Positions 1 through 9,917 of a stretch of DNA of 64,000 nucleotides are shown piece after piece. Origin of the DNA: Dehalococcoidia bacterium (lineage in GTDB: Bacteria > Chloroflexota > Dehalococcoidia > Lucifugimonadales > UBA3495). The notes under the pieces were generated by a model. It was not told the DNA's origin, made no database searches, and was given only the letters and a program-made list of their open reading frames with translations. The stretch is taken from assembly GCA_965237595.1 (NCBI GenBank), contig CBDEFY010000007.1, forward strand, positions 836,411 to 900,410, written 5' to 3'. The number at the start of each line of letters is the position of its first letter. The first letter of the stretch is position 1. Made by a program: the position numbers and the translations under genes.

Positions 1-974
1 CCCCGCAGGCTCGTTGATAGTTGGCGGCTCGTCCATGATGGCGAAGATTCCGTCAGCGGTAGACATGGCCATCATGCCCTGGTGGTAAAGGCCCACCAAC
101 TCCCGTAAAGGGCGGAATATCTCCACGCCCAGCATTAGGACGATCATCAACGGACGAAAATCCAGGCTGCCGTCGGCGACCCGTAGCGCTCCGAAGGCCA
201 GGGCCACGGCGGCGCCAGCCGAGATGCCTAGGATGGTTATAGCCGTGGTGCCCTGATTGGCGACCAAAACATTCATGCTGGTGCGGTACAAACGCTCGGA
301 CCGGGCAGCAAGCAACTGGCCCCGTATCCGGCTTTGCCCGAAGGCCTTCAAAGTCCCCAGACCTTGGACAGCGTCCAGGAAGTCGGCGCCTAAGGCTCCG
401 TAAGCCACCCGGCGTGCCAAGTTGCCGGACCGCTTCCACAAGTTGAAGAGGTTCGGCGCCACCAGCGTAAATAGCGCGAACCCCAAGAATATGAACGCAA
501 TTTGGAGGTCGATATACGCCATAAAAACGAAAATTAGGATGGGAGTCAGGGCAGCCACGATGAGCTGCGGTAGGAACTTTCCAAAAAACGCCTCAAGCGT
601 CTCCACTCCTTCGGCCAGAGACACCGTCACGTCGCCGGTGCGGCTCTGGTCGAAGTATCCCGGGCCCAAAGCCAGCGCATGCTCGTAAAGCCGCTTCCTG
701 AGTTGGACCTTGACAATGCTGGCCGTGTGGTGGCTGATGACATCTTGCTGGTACTCCAAAACACCTCTCAACGCAATTAGCCCAACTATAGCGATTATGG
801 GCCACAGCAACGTTGAGAATTCCGCGTCTCCGTGGATTACTTGAAATATGACGACGGCCGCGATGACCAGTCTCGCGATGCCAGCGACCACGCCTAATAG
901 ACCTACCAGGGCGGCGGCCAGGATTCTGAGCCGCACTCCCTCGGTCAACGCAAGGAGACGGGGGTGTAGGTACA
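1..974 (-). CDS. ABC exporter, N-terminal transmembrane domain (3' end beyond window edge)
   Basis: Own minus-strand translation from ATG 974 (GGAGGAG 5 nt upstream): MYLHPRLLALTEGVRLRILAAALVGLL...GYFDQSRTGDV...LGTLKAFGQ. Multi-helix ABC_membrane pattern, open to position 1. Absent from the ORF track because there is no stop in the window. Confidence 0.75.
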
Positions 975-1273
975 TTATTACTCCTCCTTAGCTAACGCTA
1001 TTCCCTCATTGGGGATAAACTGCCGGGGTCTTTCGTTCGGGCTGGCGTCAACGCCAGCCTGGATCAGCCCCGCCCGTACTTTCTAGGCATGTTTCCTTCT
1101 CGGCGGCCCATCAGGTTCGATGTTTTTGTCCCGGTTGCTTCGGACCGTTTTGGCAGGGACTCCTCTGAGAATTCGACTTTACTCTTCCACTGCGGCTTGC
1201 AGTCCAATTTCCTCTGCCGACCCATAACCTCCGCCCTCATGCCGGGGCAAAGGCGCCGATGATGTCCACTGTG

Positions 1274-1651
1274 TTAGGAGCCAGGGGCAGAGCACAGGGT
1301 AGGACGCTCCGGCGTCCGCATACCCCTGGAGTCGATGGCGGCTCTTCCCTCCGCCTTCTGGTGCCACTCCTCAAGGGCCTCCGACAGGGTGCGACGCCCT
1401 ATTGTACCGCAAAGTCCACAATGCTGGTGGCGCCCCTCATAGGCCGCGGCGTTGGGTCCCGTGCGAATGTGGTCTAAGGCAATCGTGCCGCCGAAAGGAA
1501 ACTCCAGGTCGGTGTGCGATTCGACGCCGTTCTTCTGACACGTCCTACTCATAAGAGCATGAACCAACCAGTGGAGCAACAGTTCGTTACGGCCTTTCAT
1601 CCTGGCGTACCGCCAGATCGCCACCGGGGCAATCCGATCAGGTTTGCCCAC
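1274..1651 (-). CDS. unassigned ORF, possibly a gene remnant
   Basis: 125-aa ORF from the track with no motif I recognise. It seems to continue in another frame (1179..1367) and lies among gene remnants. Confidence 0.15.
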   Translation of the reverse strand: MGKPDRIAPVAIWRYARMKGRNELLLHWLVHALMSRTCQKNGVESHTDLEFPFGGTIALDHIRTGPNAAAYEGRHQHCGLCGTIGRRTLSEALEEWHQKAEGRAAIDSRGMRTPERPTLCSAPGS

Positions 1652-1809
1652 GACCTTACTGGGTCGGCCTGTGGGTTCACTCAGAACGGCTTACGGCCGG
1701 GTCACAATCCTCCTCACCCGGCGGGAGGGGTCGCCAATTGGGCCAGATGCTTGCCGGTCCCTCGAACCACAATCCTTCAGCGGAAGGAGGAGCCGGGCGA
1801 CGATAACGC

Positions 1810-1984
1810 CTACAGTGACACCTGGGCAGCCGAGCAGGAACTGAACATCCCGCTTCCGGTGACCTCATTGTTGCAGCAGATGCTGGGCGCCCTGGTCAAC
1901 GAAGGCGAGTCGGAAGCCAATCACTCGGCCATCCTGAAGTTCATAGAGGACCTGTCCAAGGTCGAAGTAAATGCCGGAGGCTAG
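1810..1984 (+). pseudogene. C-terminal remnant of a HIBADH/6PGDH-like NAD-binding oxidoreductase
   Basis: Only the last ~55 aa of ORF 1514..1984 look protein-like (AEQELNIPLPVTSLLQQMLGALVNEGESEANHSAILKFIEDL). This is typical of the C-terminal helical domain of 3-hydroxyisobutyrate dehydrogenase-type enzymes. The upstream part is not coding-like. Confidence 0.45.
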
Positions 1985-2100
1985 CACGCCGCCGGGAAAG
2001 GCTGGGGCCACGTTCGGACGAATCTGATGCTCTGGCCGACGCCCCCATCTCCGACTCGGTCGTGAGTCCCGAGTTCGTCGGACCTAACCTTCCGCCGAAC

Positions 2101-2199
2101 GAGGTTGTGATTTTATTCCCCAGGGTGGCCTTATTGCGACTAATTTCAAAGCTATATTGAGACTCAAATTCGGTAATTTCGCGATAAAATCATAACCTC
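2101..2199. repeat. 99-bp AT-rich element bounded by 16-bp inverted repeats
   Basis: GAGGTTGTGATTTTAT (2101..2116) versus the reverse complement of ATAAAATCATAACCTC (2184..2199), 15/16 match. The interior is also partly palindromic and is conspicuously AT-rich against the GC-rich surroundings. Confidence 0.6.
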
Positions 2200-2263
2200 T
2201 TTAGCCGGACAGACGGAGGGCGGACTGTTGAACCACGCCCCCGCCACAACCAAGCTCCGCAAA

Positions 2264-2290
2264 TGAAAAGGGTCCGCCTCAGGCGGACCC
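2264..2290 (-). terminator. rho-independent terminator of the acyl-CoA dehydrogenase gene
   Basis: GGGTCCGCC-TCA-GGCGGACCC stem-loop (2270..2290), followed on the minus strand by TTTTC. It lies 30 nt downstream of the stop at 2320. Confidence 0.7.
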
Positions 2291-2319
2291 TCTGCTTGTT
2301 CTAGTGTGATTCGGAAGTT

Positions 2320-3495
2320 TTAGCCGCGGGGCAATCCCAGTCCTCGGCCGGCGATGATGTTGCGTTGGACCTCCGAGGTCCCGGCGGCGATGGTGCCGGC
2401 GAAGGCGTTCATCCAGTGTTCTTGCACCCGACCCTTGAGGGGCGCCCACTTTTCTTCCCGGCCCAGGGTGCCGTACATGCCCAGGATGTCCAAGGAAGCC
2501 TCGGCCACCCGCTGCACGGTCTCGCTTCCGAAGACCTTACTCATGGACGCTTCTTTAGTGGGAATGATGTCCTGTGACTGCATGTAGGCCACGTTGTAGG
2601 CCATCAAGCGGGCCACTTCACAGTCGATGTACCGGTCGGCCATGAGGTTGCGCACCCAGGGAATCTCCATGAGGGGCTGCCCGTTGCGCTTGGTCTCGGT
2701 GGCGAACTCCCGGGTGTCGTCCAGCAGCCGCCGGGCTGAGGCGGAGTAGTCGATGCCTGATCGCTCGAAGTCCAGCAAGGTTACGGCCACGTACCAACCC
2801 CGGTCCTCTTCGCCGACCACGTTGGCCCTGGGCACCCGGACATTGTCGAAGGTCACTTGGTTGAACTCGTGTCCGTCGGCCATGTTGATGATGGGGCGGA
2901 CCGACACTCCAGGGCTCTTCATGTCCACCAGCACGAAACTGATGCCACGGTGCTTGGGGGCGTCGGGGTCGGTGCGGGTGAGGAGCATGATCCAGTCGGC
3001 GCGGTGGGCCAGGGTGGTCCACACCTTGGCGCCGTTAATCACCAGGTCGTCCCCGTCGCGAACCGCTCGGGTGCTGAGGGAGGCCAGGTCGGAGCCCGAT
3101 TCCGGCTCGCTGTAGCCCTGACACCACTGGACCTCGCCCCTGGCCACAGGAGGCAGGTGGGTCCTCTTCTGCCCCTCCGAACCGTGAATCATCAGGGTGG
3201 GTCCAAGCATACGGACGCCAAAGATATCCCGTCCCGGGGCCCTCATGTAGGTTATTTCCTCGTTGAAGATGGCCGACTTTACCGGGGAGGCTTTCTGGCC
3301 GCCGTATTCCTCCGGCCAGTGCATGGTGAGCCAGCCCTTTTCCGCCATCTTCTGGCGGACGTCCCGGTTGAGGTCCCAGTCGTCATCTTCGGGGTAACGG
3401 CCGCCGCCTTCCCATGTTTCAGGAAGCTCGGCCTTCATGAATGCCCGTAGTTCTCTCCGGAACTCTTCGTCCTCGGCAGTGAACTTGAACTCCAC
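2320..3495 (-). CDS. acyl-CoA dehydrogenase
   Basis: ORF 2320..3549. Typical ACAD pattern (WCQGYSEPESGSDLASL, TLLDFERSG, GTSEVQRNIIA). Start moved to GTG 3495 behind AGGAG. Confidence 0.9.
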   Translation of the reverse strand: MEFKFTAEDEEFRRELRAFMKAELPETWEGGGRYPEDDDWDLNRDVRQKMAEKGWLTMHWPEEYGGQKASPVKSAIFNEEITYMRAPGRDIFGVRMLGPTLMIHGSEGQKRTHLPPVARGEVQWCQGYSEPESGSDLASLSTRAVRDGDDLVINGAKVWTTLAHRADWIMLLTRTDPDAPKHRGISFVLVDMKSPGVSVRPIINMADGHEFNQVTFDNVRVPRANVVGEEDRGWYVAVTLLDFERSGIDYSASARRLLDDTREFATETKRNGQPLMEIPWVRNLMADRYIDCEVARLMAYNVAYMQSQDIIPTKEASMSKVFGSETVQRVAEASLDILGMYGTLGREEKWAPLKGRVQEHWMNAFAGTIAAGTSEVQRNIIAGRGLGLPRG

Positions 3496-3527
3496 GGCGT
3501 ATCTCCTATGAAGCGTAAAGGGGGTGG

Positions 3528-3764
3528 TTAACCGCCCACAGCCACGCAAGTGACTGTGCGCACCACTCCTGGGACGGTGTGGATATGACCTGTGACCAGG
3601 TTACCCACTACGGCCATGTCTTCGCCGGTTACCAATGCGATGATATCGTAGGGACCCGTGACCACGTCCACCGTGGATATGCCCTGCAGACCGGTCAAGG
3701 TGGTGGCCACCTCGCGCGTTTTCCCGACCGCAGTTTCGATCAACAGATATGCTTTGGTTGCCAT
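3528..3764 (-). CDS. small Lrp/AsnC ligand-binding-domain protein
   Basis: MATKAYLLIETAVGKTREVATTLTGLQGISTVDVVTGPYDIIALV... is a stand-alone AsnC_trans_reg-like fold. ATG 3764 sits behind GGGGAGGGG. Confidence 0.75.
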   Translation of the reverse strand: MATKAYLLIETAVGKTREVATTLTGLQGISTVDVVTGPYDIIALVTGEDMAVVGNLVTGHIHTVPGVVRTVTCVAVGG

Positions 3765-3883
3765 GATCGCCCCTCCCCAGTCTCGCTGCGTGTAGGAGGT
3801 CATTCTACGGCCCGGCTTCTGGCGGTGTCAATTTGGCGCGAACGTGGGCGGCGGCCGCCCGGCCCCGGCTATAATGGGCCCCT

Positions 3884-4609
3884 ATGCCTCAGAGAATGGA
3901 ACTCCTAAAGGCAGGCGCCTCTCGGTTGGGAATCGCCCTGTCCGACGCCCAACTGGACCAGTTCGAGACCTACTTTCAAGAGCTGATCGACTGGAACCAA
4001 CGGGCCAACCTGACTGCCATCACGGAGTACGAAGACGTCCAGGTCAAGCACTTCTTGGACTCGCTGACAGTGTGCCTGGTAGCGGAAGAGGTACTGGCCG
4101 GACTGGCGCTGGTAATCGATGCGGGCGCCGGGGCGGGATTGCCGGGCTTGGCGTTGAAATTAGTCTTTCCGGAGATACAACTTTCCTTGTTGGGATCGAT
4201 GGGGAAGAAGACCGCATTCCTGGAGCATTTATCGGCCAAGCTCGGTCTGGAAGGAGTTTCGGTCCACACCGGCCGCGCGGAGGTCTTGGCCCGCGAGGTG
4301 GGTCTGAGGGATGCCTTTGACCTGGCAGTGGTCAGAGGGGTGGCCAAGCTGCCGCTGCTGCTGGAGTACTGCCTGCCTTTCTGCAAGACCGGAGGCAGGG
4401 TGGTTGCACTGAAGCACGGGGGCGATGGGCGGGAACTGGGCGCTGCGGCCAACGCCTTGGCGGAGTTGGGTGGGCGAATCGAAAAAGTGGTCCCAGTGGA
4501 GTTGGAGGGGCTGACCGACGACCGGGTGGTCATCGCCGTGGAGAAGACCGGGCCGACCCCTGATCGTTATCCCAGGCGGGTGGGGATACCGGCCAAGCGG
4601 CCGTTGTGA
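3884..4609 (+). CDS. rsmG: 16S rRNA (guanine527-N7)-methyltransferase
   Basis: 241 aa. LDQFETYFQELIDWNQRANLTAITEYEDVQVKHFLDSL and IDAGAGAGLPGLALK are classic GidB/RsmG motifs. Confidence 0.9.
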   Translation: MPQRMELLKAGASRLGIALSDAQLDQFETYFQELIDWNQRANLTAITEYEDVQVKHFLDSLTVCLVAEEVLAGLALVIDAGAGAGLPGLALKLVFPEIQLSLLGSMGKKTAFLEHLSAKLGLEGVSVHTGRAEVLAREVGLRDAFDLAVVRGVAKLPLLLEYCLPFCKTGGRVVALKHGGDGRELGAAANALAELGGRIEKVVPVELEGLTDDRVVIAVEKTGPTPDRYPRRVGIPAKRPL

Positions 4610-4648
4610 AGACGTCATCCCTAAACCGTAGGGGCACCACCGACACGC

Positions 4649-4684
4649 AAAAAAGAGGCCTCCGAACTCTCGGAGGCCTCTTTA
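4649..4684. terminator. bidirectional rho-independent terminator
   Basis: AAAAAA-GAGGCCTCCGA-ACTC-TCGGAGGCCTC-TTT lies between the convergent rsmG and the protease gene. Confidence 0.75.
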
Positions 4685-4711
4685 ATGATTTACTGGGCGT
4701 TTTTGGGAAAC

Positions 4712-5509
4712 TTAATCAGCCCATAAGACGTGGGTAAACACCTTGTTGCCATTGCCCAACTCTAGCTCGAACAGGTCGGGGCGGCCTTTGCCGTCGGTGC
4801 TAATGGCCTTGCCCCACTGCCTGACGTCCTGTCCAGGCGCCTCGCCTCTCTTGCCGTTATTACCTCCCTTTCCGTTGTTCTTTCCACCGCCACCGCCAGA
4901 GCCGTCTAGATGCTCGTATTTGGTGGCCAACAAGTCGTAGTCATGTTGGTTTGGATGCTGGTTCGATTCCGGATTGCTTGTGTAGTCCATGCAGGTATTT
5001 AAATTCTGGTTGCCAAAGTTCTCGTCTTGGTGTCCGAGCCCAAATACGTGACCAATCTCTTGACACAACACCATCTGCCGCCACGCCGAGGTGGTGTAGT
5101 TACCGTTGGTGAGGTACGTATCGTTCACCTTCACGTAGCCCCTGGTGATATGTTTACCTTTAGCCACCCAAATCCCTGCGATTCCTAGCCAACCGGTGCT
5201 GCCGTACGTGGAGTTGCAGATTTCGACATTGCCAACAGCCGGGCTGCATGTCGTAGGATCGATGCCCCTTTGGGCAATCACATTGGCGAGCACGAGCGAT
5301 TGGCCCTGTTCGTTCCAATCGTTTTTGGCATCTGCCAGGTGCGTGTCCCAGTCTCCTGACACGTTATCACCGAGAGAAAGGGTCAATGGATTGGCCGTGC
5401 GTTACCAGTGGTAATTCCGCCAAGAATGGTCCGCGCTTGCCACCATAGGCAAGGCGAGGGCCATTATGACCAATACTATGAATGCAATAGGAAGTCGAAT
5501 CTTTTTCAT
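4712..5509 (-). pseudogene. secreted metzincin-like zinc protease interrupted by one in-frame TAA
   Basis: ATG 5509 gives the signal peptide MKKIRLPIAFIVLVIMALALPMVASA-DHSWRNYHW. TAA follows at 5402..5404, then the same frame continues as RTANPLTLSLGDNV... with the motif QEIGHVFGLGH. Confidence 0.7.
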
Positions 5510-5788
5510 CTTGATACCCCCAAATATGCGAGCAAGACTGAATTTCTCAGATCGTCTAGGCTACTGTACCGGGAGGCCCTCCGTGAGTGGTGAGAACCTG
5601 GTTTACGACGGGCATTAGTCGCAAACGCTAGGCCATTACCGTTGAAGTGGCCGTATTCGGTCAAGTTCACTGCATAATGTTATGTAACCCACAGCGGGAT
5701 TGCAGGGGCTTGCCCGCGCCTATATGATTTACGGGGCCCGCCTCAGCGGGCATGCCTGATTCTAAAGGTAATTCCGGAGGGGTGTTCT

Positions 5789-6730
5789 ATGTCCGTGATG
5801 GTTACCGGTGGCACCGGGTTCATCGGCAACAGAATCGTCCGCAAGCTCCTGGACCGGGGTGAAGAGGTGGTCTGCTTTGACCTGGCCCCGCCCCGGGCCA
5901 ACCTTGAACCCTATCTGGACCGTATCAAGATGTACCGGGGCGACGTGACCCAGTTGCCCCATCTGTTGGAGGCCATCAACACCCACCAAGTACACAAGAT
6001 TATTCACATGGCCGCGCTGTTGCCCCCAGACACTGAGGACCGGCCCCACTACAGCATGCAGGTCAACATCGGCGGCACCAACAACGTTTTTGAAGCGGCC
6101 CGATGGACCGGGATCCAGCGGGTGGTCTACGCCAGTTCCATCGCTGTCTACGGGGTCCAAGACACCTTCGGCGACCGGCCCATCAACGAGGACGATCTCA
6201 ACGACCCAATCAACGTCTACGGCATGACCAAGTCGGTGAACGACTTTTCGGCCAAGCGCTACATCGACCGCTACGGCTTGGACCTGCGAGGGGTGCGTAT
6301 CTGCACCGTGTTCGGCCACGGCAGGGTCACGGGAATGACGGGCATGATCGGCGGGCTGTTGATGTCCCTGCCGGCCATCGGCAAGCCGGTGAACATGCCC
6401 TTTCACGAAGATGAGCCGTCGCCCATGATCCACGCCGAAGACGCCGCTGAGATATTCGTCAGGGCGGCCCTCGCCGAGAAACTGGACCACCGGGTCTACA
6501 TCAGCGGGGGCGCCTTGTGCACCATCAAGGAGATGGCCGACATCGTGCGCAGCATCATTCCCGACGCCCAGATAAGCACCGGAGAGCAGTTGGTGCCCCA
6601 TGTGTACAACGTGGACAATAGCCGGATGCTGGCCGACATCGGCTACGAGATTGCGCCCCTGCGGCAGCGGATCCTGGAACATATCAACGACGCCCGCGCC
6701 GAGGCGAGCATGGACCCTCTGAGCGGGTAG
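5789..6730 (+). CDS. NAD-dependent epimerase/dehydratase (extended SDR)
   Basis: MSVMVTGGTGFIGNRIV Rossmann motif, a YxxxK-type region (YGMTKSVND), and an RBS GGAGG upstream. Confidence 0.9.
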   Translation: MSVMVTGGTGFIGNRIVRKLLDRGEEVVCFDLAPPRANLEPYLDRIKMYRGDVTQLPHLLEAINTHQVHKIIHMAALLPPDTEDRPHYSMQVNIGGTNNVFEAARWTGIQRVVYASSIAVYGVQDTFGDRPINEDDLNDPINVYGMTKSVNDFSAKRYIDRYGLDLRGVRICTVFGHGRVTGMTGMIGGLLMSLPAIGKPVNMPFHEDEPSPMIHAEDAAEIFVRAALAEKLDHRVYISGGALCTIKEMADIVRSIIPDAQISTGEQLVPHVYNVDNSRMLADIGYEIAPLRQRILEHINDARAEASMDPLSG

Positions 6731-6745
6731 CATGGGGCTCCACCA

Positions 6746-6790
6746 ACGTAGGGGCACGGTCCCGATGCCATCGGGACCGTGCCCCTACGT
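6746..6790. repeat. 45-nt near-perfect palindromic hairpin (REP-like or terminator-like)
   Basis: ACGTAGGGGCACGGTCCCGATG / CATCGGGACCGTGCCCCTACGT, directly after the epimerase stop, with no T-tract. The 11-mer CGTAGGGGCAC recurs at 4627..4637 after rsmG. Confidence 0.7.
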
Positions 6791-6849
6791 GTGCTACCGT
6801 CGAGTTGGGTTATAATTGCGTTTAGCTTCAGCCGCCCCAGAGAGATGAG

Positions 6850-7779
6850 ATGAGTATCGCCATCGGTTACATGCCAGGAGCCTACGGAGAGGAGGGGGAA
6901 GACCCCGGTTATCTCCGTAAGTTGGTCGAAGTCGGAGATAAGCACGGCTACGACTCCCTCTGGCTCAGCGACCGCATCGTCGGCGAGAAATTCAGCCTGG
7001 AACCCATGATGGCCTGCTCCATGGTGGCGGCCTATTCTGATCGCCTCAAGTTTGGCACCAGCGTGCTGGCCATGCCCCTCCGCAACCCGGTGGTGCTGGC
7101 CAAACAGATAGCCACTCTGGACTACCTGTCCCAGGGGCGGTTCTTCCCGGCGGTGGGACTGGGCCAAGAGGAACCGGAGGAATACGAGGCCTGTGGCGTC
7201 AGCAAGGAGCGGCGCGGCCCCCGGACCGATGAAGCGATCCAATTGATGCGCCGCTTGTGGCAGGAGGACGATGTCACCCACGAAGGCGAGTTCTTCAGTT
7301 GCCACAACGTTACGGTCACGCCCAAGCCCTATCTGCAGCCTTCGACCCCGGTCTGGATCGGGGGGCGGTCCGCAGCCGCAGCCCGCCGCGTTGGGCGGGT
7401 GGGCGACGGTTGGCTGGTGTCCAGCGCCACGCCCGAGGAAGTGAGAGAGGGCTGTGGCATCCTTTTTGAGACGGCCAACGAGTACAACCGGGAGATTGAG
7501 GACGACCACGTTGGAATCCTGATGGGTTACTACGTCTCCGACAACGTGGCGGAGGCCACCGAGAAGGCCGAACGGTTCGTTACCCGCCAGCGCCCCGACG
7601 CCCATTTCACCGAGTTCACCGCCGTGGGCCCGGTGGACAAAGTGGCGGAATACGTCCAGAGCTACATCGAGGCCGGTGGATCCAAGTTCGTGATGCGGCC
7701 CATGTGCGCCGCTGAAGAGACCATGGAGCAACTAGACATCCTGGGTAAAGAGCTGCTGCCTCAGTTCCACAAGAAGTAG
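6850..7779 (+). CDS. LLM-class (luciferase-like) F420/flavin-dependent oxidoreductase
   Basis: DSLWLSDRIV...LKFGTSVLAMPLRNPVVLAKQIATLDYLSQGRFFPAVGLG is the typical LLM pattern. Confidence 0.85.
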   Translation: MSIAIGYMPGAYGEEGEDPGYLRKLVEVGDKHGYDSLWLSDRIVGEKFSLEPMMACSMVAAYSDRLKFGTSVLAMPLRNPVVLAKQIATLDYLSQGRFFPAVGLGQEEPEEYEACGVSKERRGPRTDEAIQLMRRLWQEDDVTHEGEFFSCHNVTVTPKPYLQPSTPVWIGGRSAAAARRVGRVGDGWLVSSATPEEVREGCGILFETANEYNREIEDDHVGILMGYYVSDNVAEATEKAERFVTRQRPDAHFTEFTAVGPVDKVAEYVQSYIEAGGSKFVMRPMCAAEETMEQLDILGKELLPQFHKK

Positions 7780-8192
7780 AGCACACTAACGGGCTCCTCC
7801 GTGGCACTGGTCAGCAAGGGCTACCGAATCGATCAAGCAACGGCGTTCAATGGGCGGTGTGGTGTGTCTTGGCCCGGTATACCCCCGGCCGGGGCAATCT
7901 GCTGTTGACCCTCCTACCCACCGTATTTCTGGCCGGGCCCATACCCTTATTGCTGCAGGCTTTCTTCGTCGTCTTGGCGTTGCCGTCGTTCATGTTTCAA
8001 ACGTGGGTCTGAGTGAAGGTACAGCTCGCCACCGCGAATCATCACAAGAGGAGCCGCCGCCGGGCCTAGGGCTGGCGGCCGAGCGGCGAGGTGAGGCTCC
8101 GTTTTGGAAATTGCCCCGGTGCGGCACGCCCCAAGGGGCCGTTTGAGTGTTAATATCATTCCCGGCAACACCACTCCGGCGGAGGCAAGGCA

Positions 8193-9224
8193 TTGGCTTA
8201 CTACATGTACGTTTCCATTCAGGAAGAAGACCGAATCGCCATCTTCACCATGACCCCGAAGACCGGGAAGTTGAAGCATCACGGGGATGCGGAGCTGAAG
8301 GGACGTCCCGCGCCCATGGCCGTGGACCCGGACCGGAATTACCTTTTTGCCGGCCGCCGCAAAGCCGATGAATACGGGCTTTCCAGTTTCAAGATCGACC
8401 GAAAAGGCGGTGGTCTTACGCCCATAGGGTCTATTCCGCTCAAGGGCGACCCGGTGCACATCTCCACCGACAAGACCGGCAAATTTCTGTTGTCGGCCTA
8501 CTACTACCAGAAAACCGCTGCGGTCCACAGCATCGGCGAAGACGGCGTGCTGGCCGATCCGCCAGTGGTTTGGCGGGAGACCGCAATCGGGGCCCACTAC
8601 ATCCAGACAGACCCCGCCAACCGGTTTGCCTACGTCCCCCATATCGCAGAAGGAGCGATGACGGGAGCCAATGCAATCTTACAGTTTCGTTTCGACGCCG
8701 AGACGGGAAATCTCACACCCCTCTCTCCAAGCCGGACCAACCCCAGAGAGCCGGATGGCCCCCGCCATATCTGTTTCCACCCAACCAAGGACATCGTCTA
8801 TTCGTCCAACGAGCAGGGCAACAGCGTGACCGTCTACTCATTCGACTCTGACAAAGGCAACCTGTACCCCATACAGACCGTGACCACATTGCCCAGCGGG
8901 TTCGAGGGTAAGAATTCCTGCTCCCAGATCCAAATCACGCCGGACGGAAAATTCCTGTACGCACCCAACCGGGGCCACAACAGCATCGCCTCATTCAAGG
9001 TAAACCCGGACAACGGCAATCTGACGCCCAACGGCCAGGCGCCCACCGAGGCGGTCCCACGAGCCTTCAGCATCGATCCCCAGGGTAGTTTCCTTTATGC
9101 CGCCGGGTTGGAGACCGGGAAGCTGGCCTCCTACCGCATCAACCAGGACACTGGGGAATTGGAACCCATGGAGGTCTACGATTTGGGCAAGGGCCCCATG
9201 TGGGTGCTGATTACCGAGTTGTAG
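8193..9224 (+). CDS. 7-bladed beta-propeller lactonase (6-phosphogluconolactonase/YbhE-like)
   Basis: 343 aa with repeated blade pattern (PRHICFHPTKDIVYSSNEQGNSVTVY, GKFLYAPNRGHNSIASF). TTG 8193 lies 7 nt behind GGAGG. Confidence 0.8.
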   Translation: MAYYMYVSIQEEDRIAIFTMTPKTGKLKHHGDAELKGRPAPMAVDPDRNYLFAGRRKADEYGLSSFKIDRKGGGLTPIGSIPLKGDPVHISTDKTGKFLLSAYYYQKTAAVHSIGEDGVLADPPVVWRETAIGAHYIQTDPANRFAYVPHIAEGAMTGANAILQFRFDAETGNLTPLSPSRTNPREPDGPRHICFHPTKDIVYSSNEQGNSVTVYSFDSDKGNLYPIQTVTTLPSGFEGKNSCSQIQITPDGKFLYAPNRGHNSIASFKVNPDNGNLTPNGQAPTEAVPRAFSIDPQGSFLYAAGLETGKLASYRINQDTGELEPMEVYDLGKGPMWVLITEL

Positions 9225-9917
9225 AGGGCCGACGATGAAGTTTGGGTTCATGTTGCCTTCTCGGGGCCCTCTGGCCCGGCCGGAAAATCTTTTGGTCATC
9301 GCCACACGCGGCGAGGAACTAGGCTACAGTTTCATGACGTTCCCCGACCACATCGTGATGCCTCGGGACGTTTCGTTCCAGTACCCTTAATCCGATCCGG
9401 AGTATTTCCGGGCACCGACAGCGGCGAGACCATGGAGCAACTGACCACCCTGGCATTTCTGGCCGGTCAGACCAGCTCCATCAGGCTGGTCACCAGCGTA
9501 ATGATTGTCCCCCACCGCAGCCCCGTCTTTACCGCCAAAGCCCTGTCGACTCTGGATATACTTTCCCAGGGAAGGCTGACGGTGGGAGTGGGAGTCGGTT
9601 GGTTGGAAGAGGAGTTTCAGGCGTTGGAGACCCCGCCATTCGCCGAACGGGGCGCGGTCACCGACGAATATATCCAGGTTTTCAAAGAGCTTTGGACCAG
9701 CGAAGCTTGCAATGAACAGCAGTTCATTTCCTAGTTGCAATCCGGATTCGCGGACATACCGACGCTCACCAGTTCGATGGGACTTATTGCCACTTCTCCA
9801 ACATAGATTTTCTACCCAAGCCCGTACAGAATCCCCATCCGCCCATCTGGGTTGGTGGTGAAAGCCGGCGGGCCATTCGCCGGGCCGCCCGGTTCGGCGA
9901 CGGTTGGCAGCTCCTAG

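Noticed and set aside
5762-6757. Long antisense ORFs opposite well-supported genes (for example 5762..6757, 6643..7731, 7947..8642, 20303..21397, 28233..29954, 52608..53744, and the N-terminal part of 25574..26632).
   Set aside because: They are typical shadow ORFs of GC-rich DNA, with Arg/Gly/His/Pro-rich and motif-free translations. In each case the opposite strand encodes a recognisable family.
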